Virus record (IMG/VR): IMGVR_UViG_3300037485_000957
Location: 1-53,296 of that record
Length of the DNA stretch: 53,296 bases
Source: a virus
Taxonomy: Duplodnaviria; Caudoviricetes
Reading direction: 5' to 3' (one strand)
In this document: positions 29,153 through 38,118 of the stretch, in pieces
Layout: each line of letters starts with the position of its first letter
Numbering within the stretch: the stretch's first letter is position 1
Notes under the pieces: generated by a model
Database searches by the model: none
Told to the model about the DNA's origin: nothing
The model's input: the letters and a program-made list of their open reading frames with translations, nothing else
Position numbers and translations under genes: made by a program

Positions 29153-29334
29153 GCGACACAAAAACAAAATTGTATTCACCATCGCCATATTGGAATGATT
29201 GTCCAATACTAGGATGCAGAAACAAAGTGTGCTTGGCTCTGAATAGTGACAAGTGCTTTCCGCACACAAAAGGGAATAAACAGTGGAAACTATTGAAAAT
29301 ATGGTTCAACCAATTCAAAAAACAGAAATCATGA
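29149..29334 (+). CDS. Small Cys-containing hypothetical protein
   Basis: Bounded by junction repeats. Confidence 0.6.
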   Translation: MSDTKTKLYSPSPYWNDCPILGCRNKVCLALNSDKCFPHTKGNKQWKLLKIWFNQFKKQKS

Positions 29335-29540
29335 ACAGAGAAACGATTAAAGAAGCGGCTAAAGCGTACCTGAATAGTGGTAAAGTACATAATGCTTATG
29401 CATCATTTATTGATGGCGCTGCATGGCAAGCGGAAAGGATGTATAGTGAGGAGGAGATGGAACGAGCATTTCATGAAGGAGTTAAATCTAAAGCGACATT
29501 TTTAGAATGGTTTGACCAAAACAAAAAACAGAAATCATGA
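29331..29540 (+). CDS. Hypothetical protein, paralogue of the C-terminus of 28328-29152
   Basis: ETIKEAA...GAAWQAERMYSEEEM...WFDQNKKQKS. Confidence 0.7.
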   Translation: MNRETIKEAAKAYLNSGKVHNAYASFIDGAAWQAERMYSEEEMERAFHEGVKSKATFLEWFDQNKKQKS

Positions 29541-29971
29541 GGAGAAAAATAAAATTCAGGGGCTTAACAAAAGCCAACAATGTGATGGTGTTTGGTGATT
29601 TAATCCATTGTCCTAACGGTAGCCATAGAATCATAGGGTATGAGCAAAAGGGCGAAATTCCATTAGATGTAGATTACAACGACTTTAACGAACTTATTCA
29701 ATCCAGCACCATCGGAGAGTTCACAGGACTTCATGACAAGAACGGCGTTGATATTTATGAGGGGGATATTTTAGGAGGGTATCCACATGGCTCTGTAATT
29801 GTTAAATGGGACGACCAATATGCCTGTTTTAGCTGTTATGATTTAGAAGAACAAGAAACTGACTACGGGCTATTCGGAAACATCTTAGACGATTGCAAGG
29901 ATGAATTTATAGTCATCGGCAACATCTACCAAAATCCTGAATTACTAACTTCTAACACAACTCAATCATGA
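29537..29971 (+). CDS. YopX family protein
   Basis: RKIKFRG...GEFTGLHDKNGVDIYEGDIL...VIGNIYQNPELL. Confidence 0.9.
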   Translation: MRRKIKFRGLTKANNVMVFGDLIHCPNGSHRIIGYEQKGEIPLDVDYNDFNELIQSSTIGEFTGLHDKNGVDIYEGDILGGYPHGSVIVKWDDQYACFSCYDLEEQETDYGLFGNILDDCKDEFIVIGNIYQNPELLTSNTTQS

Positions 29972-30204
29972 AAGCAGTAGCGATAGCCTGCATATCAGTT
30001 GTATTGACAGCTGGATTTTTAATAGCAATAGATAAGACACTTCCTTACCCATCCACGCCAAGAAAAAAATATCCGATAGAGGTTGTGACTGGCTATGGAC
30101 AGATTGCATTAACATTTGAATGCGACAGCATGAAGGGCGATACGTTCTACAAGGATGGCAATAGCATTGTAGTTAAGAACATTTTAAACATAAAATTCAA
30201 ATGA
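29968..30204 (+). CDS. Small membrane-anchored protein
   Basis: N-terminal hydrophobic segment. Confidence 0.55.
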   Translation: MKAVAIACISVVLTAGFLIAIDKTLPYPSTPRKKYPIEVVTGYGQIALTFECDSMKGDTFYKDGNSIVVKNILNIKFK

Positions 30205-30205
30205 C

Positions 30206-30508
30206 ATGGGAAAATTCAGAAAAAAGCCAGTAGTAATTGAAGCCTTTAGAATGGGAATTGATGCAAGGCCCGATTGGTTTCAAGACAAAGTAACTGCAAA
30301 TGAAATAATAACATTTGCAGTAGCAGAGAATGAAGATGATGGAACAGGGAATCCATTTGAGTTTAACAAGACAGCATGCATAATAACTACGCTCGAAGGC
30401 GACATGACAGGCGATTATGGCGATTACATAATCCAAGGCGTTAAAGGCGAGGTTTACCCCTGCAAACCCGATATTTTTGAACTCACTTACGAAGCATACG
30501 AATCATGA
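30206..30508 (+). CDS. Conserved phage protein (KKPVVIEA / GDYII family)
   Basis: KFRKKPVVIEA...TLEG...GDYIIQGVKGEVYPCKPDIFELTYE. Confidence 0.8.
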   Translation: MGKFRKKPVVIEAFRMGIDARPDWFQDKVTANEIITFAVAENEDDGTGNPFEFNKTACIITTLEGDMTGDYGDYIIQGVKGEVYPCKPDIFELTYEAYES

Positions 30509-30759
30509 GCGACAAGACACAAACGGCAGTAGAATGGCTGGTTCAGCAGTTATCAAATTCAAGATATTTTTATAGTATCATGGAAGAAATAGAAAGCAGA
30601 AGCACAATAGTTCAACCTAATAGTATTTTGCACCAAGCCATCGAAATGGAGAAGCAGCAGATAATGAGCGCATATGTAACAAATTTACCAATCCAAGATG
30701 GGGTAATAAATGCCGTACAAAAAGCCGAACAATACTACACCGATATCTACAAGCCATGA
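30505..30759 (+). CDS. Hypothetical phage protein
   Basis: QTAVEWL...QAIEMEKQQIMSAY...AEQYY. Confidence 0.7.
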   Translation: MSDKTQTAVEWLVQQLSNSRYFYSIMEEIESRSTIVQPNSILHQAIEMEKQQIMSAYVTNLPIQDGVINAVQKAEQYYTDIYKP

Positions 30760-31283
30760 GCGAAGCACCAAAGAAAACCAAGGAAGCCATACTGATTACA
30801 TTGGTAAAGGCGACAATGCTTAAATCGGATGAACTTAAACGCATGGAGAAACTCAAGGATAAGGATGAGGCCGTCGGTAAGCTATTGGATATCTACTACG
30901 CCTTCAAGGATCAAGTGCTGGGAGAACCAATGCAATCGATGGTGAACTACCTACAGTTCGCTAAGTCATCACTCGACGAAGCTATGGTGTATCTCTCAGG
31001 TGACGAACTTGTAGAGGTGCATGAAGGCGATGACGAGGACGGCAGCCCAATTATTAAACTTATGCCTCAAAAGGTGGCTGTGATGGTGGATAAGCAGAAC
31101 GGAATGCCTGAGCGTTTTCGTGACATAGGCAAGAACATCAAAGACGTAGCGATAGACATCATGGAAATGGTGAACTCACAACGATCACTACTCGGAGGTA
31201 ATCCGACAGACGAGAATGACATACCAATGCTCAAAGCAGGGCAGAGTTATGCTGACCATGTAGCAACTAAAAAGAAGCGATGA
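30756..31283 (+). CDS. Hypothetical helical protein
   Basis: 175-aa coupled ORF. Confidence 0.65.
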   Translation: MSEAPKKTKEAILITLVKATMLKSDELKRMEKLKDKDEAVGKLLDIYYAFKDQVLGEPMQSMVNYLQFAKSSLDEAMVYLSGDELVEVHEGDDEDGSPIIKLMPQKVAVMVDKQNGMPERFRDIGKNIKDVAIDIMEMVNSQRSLLGGNPTDENDIPMLKAGQSYADHVATKKKR

Positions 31284-31459
31284 TGAAATCAATCTGTAAG
31301 AAATGCAAAGTAGTAACAAGTCGTAAGTACCTGAGCACTGAGAAAATGCTATCCAATGGAGAGATGTTCGTGCTTAATAAGTGGAAGTGTATGGAATGTA
31401 ATAATGAATTTACAGTAGAGGTGAAGGATCTTGATGGTTATCTTATCCCTGCTTAATAT

Positions 31460-31487
31460 AAGGCCCTCCTTGATTGGCAGGGCCTTT
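31460..31487. terminator. Bidirectional terminator at the convergence of the plus and minus regions
   Basis: AAGGCCCT...AGGGCCTTT. Confidence 0.65.
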
Positions 31488-31492
31488 CTATT

Positions 31493-31717
31493 CTATATAA
31501 GATAAGCCTCCAATGCATTTATGAATCTATCACGCTGAGCATCGCTTATATATTTATTACCAAGCTCAGTCTGCGATACCAATGTCTGAGAGCATGCCTT
31601 ACCAGACCACATGAAAATAACAGTAGCAGCTTCTGTCTGTGTCAATCCTTTAGAAATCCTAAGCGCTTTTATTTGCTTAGCAATATCTACTATCCTCTTA
31701 CGCTTCTCTGTTGTCAT
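31493..31717 (-). CDS. XRE-family HTH regulator
   Basis: IKALRISKGLTQTEAA...VSQTELG; own TATCTTTG box at 31723-31730. Confidence 0.75.
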   Translation of the reverse strand: MTTEKRKRIVDIAKQIKALRISKGLTQTEAATVIFMWSGKACSQTLVSQTELGNKYISDAQRDRFINALEAYLI

Positions 31718-31737
31718 GAGAGCAAAGATAATAAGTA

Positions 31738-32175
31738 TTATTCAAAGGAGATTATCATCTCTTCTCCTGGATCAGGAATGTATAGCGATAACCTTTCCGA
31801 GCAGTATTGCTGAATGCGCTCGATGAACTCATTGAACTCCCATGTCGATAAAGCGGAACTCTTTCCCAACGACTTCAGCACCTCCCCCGTTTCTCTGTTT
31901 ACTATCTCCGTCACCAAGCAGTTAGCCTTGACGAAATCAAACACCCATTCTTTACTCTGAGCCTCTGTGATACCAAGCTCTATCAATCTATTACGCACCA
32001 AAGGAAGCACTCCGCCATGCAGATAACTATTCTGCGGATTGGAGCGCTTCCTTGTATGTCTCTCGATTGTGATGTCTACATCCATCCCTTCGAACGAAGC
32101 CAACGAATCAGCAAGTAGCTGTCTGTTGCTCGTCATTCGTCCGTCAACTACGGATGTCTTAATCTTTACCTTCAT
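31738..32175 (-). CDS. NinB/DUF1367-like protein
   Basis: KRSNPQNSYLHG...SSALSTWEFNEFIERI...IPDP. Confidence 0.65.
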   Translation of the reverse strand: MKVKIKTSVVDGRMTSNRQLLADSLASFEGMDVDITIERHTRKRSNPQNSYLHGGVLPLVRNRLIELGITEAQSKEWVFDFVKANCLVTEIVNRETGEVLKSLGKSSALSTWEFNEFIERIQQYCSERLSLYIPDPGEEMIISFE

Positions 32176-32555
32176 GGTAAAATGATAGAAGCCAAATCTG
32201 GCTTGCTATAAAACTCCCCCTTAATCACTTTACCATCGGCCCGATACACGGGCTTACCATTCACATCAAGCTTACTCATGTTGCTACGATGCACCTCGTT
32301 AAAGCATGCAACCAAGCGATCAGCTATACCGAACTCATGTGCTGTACCAAGCAGGATGTACATACAGTCTATGATGGCATCTGCCACCTCAACGATGTCC
32401 CCTTGGATGGAAGCATCCCATAGTTCGTTCACTTCCTCCTGAAGGATGTTTTGACGCAGCACAGCACGCGATGATTCGATGATAAAATTATTCTCTTCAA
32501 CACCCTGACCAAAGGCTAATTGAAATTCCTTCACTTGACTTATTTGCTTCTCCAT
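32172..32555 (-). CDS. MazG-like NTP pyrophosphohydrolase
   Basis: EEVNEL...EVADAIIDCMY...EVHRSNMSKL...DGKVIKG. Confidence 0.85.
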   Translation of the reverse strand: MEKQISQVKEFQLAFGQGVEENNFIIESSRAVLRQNILQEEVNELWDASIQGDIVEVADAIIDCMYILLGTAHEFGIADRLVACFNEVHRSNMSKLDVNGKPVYRADGKVIKGEFYSKPDLASIILP

Positions 32556-32567
32556 AACACCACAAAA

Positions 32568-32816
32568 TTAGGTATTATTTTCATTCTTCACCATCTCTAC
32601 GCCCTTTAATTTTATCAATCGTAAAAGGAATAAACACTCCTTGGCGTACGAGATATATACTTTAGCCTTTGGATCAGCGTGATTAAGGTAGCTGCGGTGA
32701 CTCAGGAACGCTTTTCTTATCTCAATGGACTGTATGTGCCTCCATGAGATAGTTACGTCGTCAGGAGTGTAGTTATTCATTATCTGCTGTACGTTATCAA
32801 TATCCTGTTGCGTCAT
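32568..32816 (-). CDS. Hypothetical protein
   Basis: Coupled to dnaB. Confidence 0.6.
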   Translation of the reverse strand: MTQQDIDNVQQIMNNYTPDDVTISWRHIQSIEIRKAFLSHRSYLNHADPKAKVYISYAKECLFLLRLIKLKGVEMVKNENNT

Positions 32817-34204
32817 ATCATCTCGTCGTTTCTATCCCACTGTGGATCAGTGAAGCTCCTGAAGTCTGTCGCAACGACAGGGACAGGTAATGGCGATACG
32901 TAATCATTGACAGCGAAGAACTGACTAAGGTTGTAGTTGTGCCTAAACTCAACAGAGCCTGTCGCACCGTGCCGATGCTTCTCGAACAGATAGAATATCT
33001 CATTCGTATACGGAGTGCCATCGTCTTTCTGTAATCCATAGTACGCAGGCCGATAGATGAAAGCAACAGTATCTGCATCCTGCTCCATCGATCCCGATTC
33101 ACGTAAATCAGAAAGCAATGGCTTCTTATCGGGACGCTTCTCACAATCCCTATTCAACTGAGCTAACGCTATAATTGGGATGTTCAGCTCTTTCTGAGCT
33201 GCCTTAAGCGCTCTGCTTATCTCCGCTATCTCATTCTCCCTGCTCATCCCCTTACTTCCCTCCAGCGTCATCAACTGCAAGTAATCAATGATAGCCCAAT
33301 TACATTTCCCCTTACGGTGCTGCTGCCTCATCACACGTATAGCCTGATGAACTCCGCAACGTGCCTTATCGTAAATCGTAAATGGGATATTCTCAATATT
33401 CCCAATGGTTCTTTCGAACTCAAGTATCTCCTCCTTTGTCATCGTGCCATCACGTAGATGAGAACCTTCGATGTTATCCGTATGCTGTAGGATCAGTCGC
33501 TGCGCTAACTGGCTCTTATTCATCTCAAGGTTGAAGTAAATGCCAGGCTCTCCACTCTTAACGCCATGAAACAACGCCAATGCCGTCTTTCCCATTGATG
33601 GACGAGCAGCGATAATAATGAATTCATTCTGCCATCCTCCTGTGTATTTGTTTATAGATGCCACTCCCGTATGTAACCCCGATGTCTTCCCGCTTGCAGC
33701 GAGAGCTGAACGATCGTAATACAAATGCCGCTCATCACTCGTTAGTTCCGAAAGTGTGATTAACTCATCTCCACTTGCATTGGTATCCAGTAACTCTGTC
33801 ATCTTGGTGCTTATGCTCATCGCAATCTCAGCGCCCGACTTCTTCTCCAATAACCCCATGCTCTCTTGTGCAATGACAAACGACACCTGCCTCTTGATGT
33901 ATCCATCCTTCAGCTCATCAACATACTCGTTGATAGGTTCGTTGTATGTAATGCCAGTAGTCCATGAAGCAATCATAGGGATGTCCAATGCCGTGATTAA
34001 ATCCATCATCTTCCCTTTGGTGAATAGATTAATCATGTTTGGTGTCTTCCCCTCCTTAAACAGCGCATCTATAATCTTGAACACTTTGATTGTTAAATCC
34101 TGAGTGAATAGATTCACGTTAAGCTGTGGAACGATTTCCTTGTAGTGATCCCCTGGAGACAATAGCACTCCTAATGCTGCTTCTTCTGTCGTAGTATTTC
34201 TCAT
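32813..34204 (-). CDS. dnaB: Replicative DNA helicase
   Basis: AARPSMGKT, IIDYLQL, LAQLNR, DLRESGSMEQDAD and KHRHG. Confidence 0.95.
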   Translation of the reverse strand: MRNTTTEEAALGVLLSPGDHYKEIVPQLNVNLFTQDLTIKVFKIIDALFKEGKTPNMINLFTKGKMMDLITALDIPMIASWTTGITYNEPINEYVDELKDGYIKRQVSFVIAQESMGLLEKKSGAEIAMSISTKMTELLDTNASGDELITLSELTSDERHLYYDRSALAASGKTSGLHTGVASINKYTGGWQNEFIIIAARPSMGKTALALFHGVKSGEPGIYFNLEMNKSQLAQRLILQHTDNIEGSHLRDGTMTKEEILEFERTIGNIENIPFTIYDKARCGVHQAIRVMRQQHRKGKCNWAIIDYLQLMTLEGSKGMSRENEIAEISRALKAAQKELNIPIIALAQLNRDCEKRPDKKPLLSDLRESGSMEQDADTVAFIYRPAYYGLQKDDGTPYTNEIFYLFEKHRHGATGSVEFRHNYNLSQFFAVNDYVSPLPVPVVATDFRSFTDPQWDRNDEMI

Positions 34205-34206
34205 TG

Positions 34207-34989
34207 TTATTTTATTTGTAGTCCGTTAGATGCTCGGCTGAATGTGTTGGGCGAAGCCGTCGGCCCAGTTGTCTTTTTTTCAAAAGGTTGGTCATAAGAG
34301 GAAGATAGAATCTTCCATCTAGCTAATCTCTTTTTTGTTTCCCAAGTTTCATTCAACTGGAATCTCATAATTCCTTTTCCATTTAACTCTGACCAAGTTC
34401 CGTGAAACTTAGCAAGCATCTCTGGACTGTACCCTTTGCCATTCTTTTTAATATCCTCTGCAAATTCTCTTGATGTCCATTTCTTAAAATCTTGTTTCTC
34501 ACTGTTTACTTGTTTCTTTTTTGCTTTAATTTTTGGGATAATAAGTGTTGATTCTTCAACACGTACTTCTTCATACTCTTTATATTCTTTATTGTCTTTA
34601 ATAGTCTTATTATGTGTCCAGTTGGTTTCCATGTGCTTTTCAAGTGGTATCCAAGTGCTTTCCACGTGCTTTCCATTTAATGGAAGGCGTATGACTCTGT
34701 TTTTGTATTGATTATTCGTCTTTGAAATTGTATTCACGAACCCATACTCCTCTAATTTTGAAAGGACTTTTAGCATCGTTGTCCTAGAGCATATACCACA
34801 ATCTTCTTGAAGGTCGATTAGAATAATAGCGAAACTATCTTTCCAGCCAGTCTTATTTGCTCTGTTTAATAAAGCAAAATACACAGCGCAAATAGAAGGA
34901 TCAACCTTATCAGGATTATCACTAACCCATTTCCAAAATCCATTGAAGTATTCAAACATAATGGAACGGATTAGATTCTGATTGTTCAT
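34207..34989 (-). CDS. Phage replication initiator (N-terminal winged helix)
   Basis: VYFALLNRANKTGWK...LSKLEEYGFV; directly upstream of dnaB; internal short peptide repeats (HVES, HMET). Confidence 0.65.
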   Translation of the reverse strand: MNNQNLIRSIMFEYFNGFWKWVSDNPDKVDPSICAVYFALLNRANKTGWKDSFAIILIDLQEDCGICSRTTMLKVLSKLEEYGFVNTISKTNNQYKNRVIRLPLNGKHVESTWIPLEKHMETNWTHNKTIKDNKEYKEYEEVRVEESTLIIPKIKAKKKQVNSEKQDFKKWTSREFAEDIKKNGKGYSPEMLAKFHGTWSELNGKGIMRFQLNETWETKKRLARWKILSSSYDQPFEKKTTGPTASPNTFSRASNGLQIK

Positions 34990-35149
34990 CCCATCTTATT
35001 GCTTTCTCTAGCAAAAATGTCTTTGGTACATCTATAAGATCTCTGAAAATAGCTTCTCTGCTTTCTTCATATGTATCATGCGCCCTAAGGCTACAGTCTA
35101 TAATCCATAGAGAATACTTCTTAATCAATTCATTTTGCTTCTTATTCAT
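34952..35149 (-). CDS. Hypothetical protein
   Basis: First ORF after the structured leader. Confidence 0.5.
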   Translation of the reverse strand: MNKKQNELIKKYSLWIIDCSLRAHDTYEESREAIFRDLIDVPKTFLLEKAIRWDEQSESNPFHYV

Positions 35150-35157
35150 AACATCAA

Positions 35158-35279
35158 ACGAAAATGCCCAAAGATGGGCTACGGTGAGATCGACAAGTTT
35201 TACCCTGTCTCGTAACCCGCCTTTGGGCGGAATGTCTTGTTATCGTCCAGGATCTCACCTCTGAATCTTCACAAATTTA
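35158..35279 (-). promoter_or_regulatory. Promoter plus structured leader RNA (copy 2) before the replication genes
   Basis: TAAATTTG at 35272-35279; GCCCAAAG/CTTTGGGC hairpin with T tail; 35251-35259 is complementary to 35183-35191. Confidence 0.6.
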
Positions 35280-35289
35280 ATTATTTTTT

Positions 35290-35562
35290 TTAAACGTACT
35301 CAAAATTTACCCACTGCTCCATCACAAATTGGAAGGAGTTCTCCATATCAGCATACACAGTACGTATGTAGTTGATGAACGACCTAGCCTCATCCTCTGA
35401 TATACCTGCGTCAATGGTGTAGTATCCGTACGTGTTTGGTTCTTTGTCTCCCGTGTTGATATGGAAGCTCTGCTGCGTCTCGTTGTATTCTAAACGTACG
35501 TTCATGTCATGTAGTATTAAATTACTCTCCCTCTCTCCTCGTTCGTCTTCTTCAGATGGCAT
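35290..35562 (-). CDS. Hypothetical protein
   Basis: ORF in operon context; start uncertain. Confidence 0.55.
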   Translation of the reverse strand: MPSEEDERGERESNLILHDMNVRLEYNETQQSFHINTGDKEPNTYGYYTIDAGISEDEARSFINYIRTVYADMENSFQFVMEQWVNFEYV

Positions 35563-35939
35563 GCTTTACACAGCACCTGAAACGCCTTAGGATCTTCTGG
35601 TGTCAAGCGCTCAATGAACATAGCTACGTCATCGTACCCTCTTAGTGAACCACAGGGAATGATATGATCCACCTCAACGCTTGTCCTTGCGTACCAGTTC
35701 GTGCATATAGCACATTGGTATTCAAACTTTATCTTGCGATTTAAACTGCGTGAGTTGCGCTTAGAGCTATCAAGTGCCATCTTCATCGGTGTCCACCATC
35801 TGAATGCACTACGAAGGGCGCTACGTAGCTTCTGAAAGTACTGCGCCTCTGTCATCGTTCCCCCGTTTCTCGTACGTGGAACTCTCGTGGCTTGCTTTTT
35901 CTTTACAACGCCGCCTCTTCTTCTTAATACTATAGCCAT
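35517..35939 (-). CDS. HNH endonuclease
   Basis: YQCAIC...VEVDHIIPCG...QVLCKACHLKKT. Confidence 0.85.
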   Translation of the reverse strand: MAIVLRRRGGVVKKKQATRVPRTRNGGTMTEAQYFQKLRSALRSAFRWWTPMKMALDSSKRNSRSLNRKIKFEYQCAICTNWYARTSVEVDHIIPCGSLRGYDDVAMFIERLTPEDPKAFQVLCKACHLKKTNEERGRVI

Positions 35940-35986
35940 CGCAACTCAAGATTTTTTCAAATTTACGCTCTGGAGCGCTTTCTTTA

Positions 35987-36346
35987 TTATTCAAATGATT
36001 CATTTCCTTTAGCAATGTAGTAAAACAATTCAAGCGAATAAGGAACGCTGTAAATGCTGGCCTTTGGATACGCTCTGTCGATCTCCTCTATTGTATTCAT
36101 CACCTCAATGCGAGGCGCTGTATTAGGTAAGTCTACACCCATATGCTCAGCCATCTGCTTTTGGATAAGGATGGTTAGCTTACCCAAGGGCACTTCATGG
36201 GAGTCAGCAAAATACGATGCTCTTACATGGCCCTTCTCTGCCCACCACCTACGGGCAGCGTTCTCTAGGCATATCTCTTCCATCTTTACCTCAACACGCT
36301 TCCTATCTTGATAGGTGTCGTTTATCATCTTATCCTCTAATGTCAT
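35987..36346 (-). CDS. Hypothetical protein
   Basis: Coupled ORF. Confidence 0.6.
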   Translation of the reverse strand: MTLEDKMINDTYQDRKRVEVKMEEICLENAARRWWAEKGHVRASYFADSHEVPLGKLTILIQKQMAEHMGVDLPNTAPRIEVMNTIEEIDRAYPKASIYSVPYSLELFYYIAKGNESFE

Positions 36347-36756
36347 AGCGATAGGATTTTAATAGACAACCCATCCCCTCCTGATGTGTAGAATGCTGGC
36401 TCTATAACACACCCCTCGTCATCAATGACAAGCATACCCTTCTGTGATTGCGTATAGGCAACCTTCGCTTGCTCCTGCACTTCCTTAGTCTTATCGGCCA
36501 GCTCCACTACACGTGGGCAGTTCTTATAATCCCACTTGCCAGGATTGGATTTCTTCGTTACCTCAGCGCCATTGCATGCAAATGACTTCTCGGAATACTT
36601 ACTAGCCTCTACAAGTGCTTCATTGAACACTTGCTTCATCGAAGCCTCAAGCACTTTCTCTATGCGCTTAAAGTCAACGTATGCGCTTAACGCATTAGCA
36701 TCACCATCTTCTACTGCTGCAGCCATCGCCGCAATTTGATCTACAATGTTTTTCAT
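36343..36756 (-). CDS. Hypothetical phage protein
   Basis: 137 aa with a helical N-terminus. Confidence 0.7.
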   Translation of the reverse strand: MKNIVDQIAAMAAAVEDGDANALSAYVDFKRIEKVLEASMKQVFNEALVEASKYSEKSFACNGAEVTKKSNPGKWDYKNCPRVVELADKTKEVQEQAKVAYTQSQKGMLVIDDEGCVIEPAFYTSGGDGLSIKILSL

Positions 36757-36780
36757 GTTTGTTTTGTTTTAAGTTATTTG

Positions 36781-36826
36781 TCGCTGCATTAGCGAAAGAA
36801 TGTTACGGGTATAAGTAGTTATAAGC
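36781..36826 (+). other. Candidate attI-like primary site of the cassette array
   Basis: Core GTTATAAGC at 36818-36826 has no matching attC left half upstream; small TCGCT/AGCGA hairpin at 36781-36795. Confidence 0.4.
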
Positions 36827-37463
36827 AAGCTGCTACGTTCCTGCTCCGAATGAAAGTTCCCCATTGTTCAGCCATAGCTTTTGCCACCCCACTAAAAGTT
36901 TTTGAGCTTTCCTTTTGGCTTATGCTTACAGAATGGTATTTCTGTCCTCGTTTTTTCCCTCCAGTATTGCTCGGTAAATACGGCTTATAGTTGCTTTGAA
37001 TATCAGTCGGCTTTAATAGTGGCAAATTTTTCAACCACAATAAAGTTCGTTTACTGTATTCATGTCCATATTCGTATGGCTGTATCGCTTGGCTATGTTT
37101 TGGCAATTCAACTACTTTTAATGGTGTTGGGTTTTCAACTGCAATAAATTCAATCGGTGCATTAAGTAGTTCCAAAAACATAGCTTTCGCTTCCATTGCT
37201 TTTGAGTATCTATCTTGGCACAAATTACCTGCCGTTGGGTACATCCATCTTGCTCCAGCCTTACTCATATAAGTACAAGGCGGGTGTGCAATCATCATAT
37301 CGTATTTGCCACTATAAGCCTCTTTTACTGCATCGCCTACAATATGCCATTCGGGTTTATTACCGCTACATTCTTGTAGGTCGCAACTATAAGCCTCAAA
37401 TCCTAATTCTCGGAAAGCTCTGCAAACTTCTTGGCTCTCCTCACAAGCTATTAATATTTTCAT
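36819..37463 (-). CDS. Compact DNA cytosine-5 methyltransferase-like protein
   Basis: MKILIACEESQ, YSCDL, catalytic IAHPPCTY and AVENP motifs. Confidence 0.8.
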   Translation of the reverse strand: MKILIACEESQEVCRAFRELGFEAYSCDLQECSGNKPEWHIVGDAVKEAYSGKYDMMIAHPPCTYMSKAGARWMYPTAGNLCQDRYSKAMEAKAMFLELLNAPIEFIAVENPTPLKVVELPKHSQAIQPYEYGHEYSKRTLLWLKNLPLLKPTDIQSNYKPYLPSNTGGKKRGQKYHSVSISQKESSKTFSGVAKAMAEQWGTFIRSRNVAACL

Positions 37464-37548
37464 TTCAATTTAAGTTTTTAGTTAATAATCCGCAGCCAGC
37501 TTATAACAGCGGTTTGGCGGCATTAAAACGACCGCCAAGCCGCAACCG
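36819..37548 (+). mobile_element. Integron-like gene cassette 1 (methyltransferase cargo, antisense)
   Basis: Start core GTTATAAGC is the exact reverse complement of GCTTATAAC (37499-37507), which opens its attC-like site. Confidence 0.75.
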
Positions 37549-37556
37549 TTATACGC
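37499..37556 (+). repeat. attC-like site A
   Basis: GCTTATAAC-a-GCGGTTTGGCGG-loop-CCGCCAAGCCGC-aacc-GTTATACGC. Confidence 0.75.
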
Positions 37557-37594
37557 AAGCACTACATTCGTTCTCCGATTTAACTTTTGTGGAA

Positions 37595-38079
37595 GTAAAA
37601 AAGAAAATAAAAATTTACCCACGCTTTTAATAAGGTTTAATTACACTTTTGTTTAATCCGTATTCAATAGCATAATTAATACACTCCATCAGTGATGTTA
37701 TTGAGTTTGTTTTTGTTTTGTGTCCGTAATATTTCTCATCGTCATAATACAACTGCAAATCATTTTTGAACTTTGGAAAGAAGTATTTGCCACACAAATC
37801 AATTTCGGCAATCCACTCCGTTTCGTATTCAGGTAACCCTATTGTTAATCCATTTACCAATCCTTCTGTTTCAAAATGATTATCTAAAATGTCAGTTGTA
37901 TATATTTTAACTAACGCATTGCCTTCAAATCTTCCTTCGCAAAGTTCAATTAAATATTGCGTTGAAATATCGTTTTCAGATTTGAAGTAAACACCAAATT
38001 TTAAGTATTCGTTTGGTGTGTCTTTTGGTTTAAAATTTGTTTCCATAATTCCCTCCTAAATTTTTATTTTCTTTTTTAC
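37595..38079. repeat. Perfect 23-bp inverted repeat enclosing the cassette 2 gene
   Basis: GTAAAAAAGAAAATAAAAATTTA (37595-37617) and TAAATTTTTATTTTCTTTTTTAC (38057-38079). Confidence 0.9.
37627..38046 (-). CDS. Hypothetical protein (cassette cargo)
   Basis: 139 aa, AT-rich, GGAGGG just upstream of the ATG. Confidence 0.7.
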   Translation of the reverse strand: METNFKPKDTPNEYLKFGVYFKSENDISTQYLIELCEGRFEGNALVKIYTTDILDNHFETEGLVNGLTIGLPEYETEWIAEIDLCGKYFFPKFKNDLQLYYDDEKYYGHKTKTNSITSLMECINYAIEYGLNKSVIKPY

Positions 38080-38118
38080 CGTGTTTCAATTAAACATTCT
38101 ACTAAATCAACCGTGCCA

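Larger units (their letters stand above)
29120..29540 (+). repeat. Three 33-nt gene-junction repeats ending AAAACAGAAATCATGA
   Basis: Copies at 29120-29152, 29302-29334 and 29508-29540. Confidence 0.85.

Noticed and set aside
30756-31283. Terminase small subunit
   Set aside because: Size and helical character fit, but it has no diagnostic motif and is far from terL.
37196-37630. Plus-strand 144-aa ORF as sense-oriented cassette cargo
   Set aside because: It overlaps the methyltransferase antisense, crosses the attC-like site and has no protein-like features.
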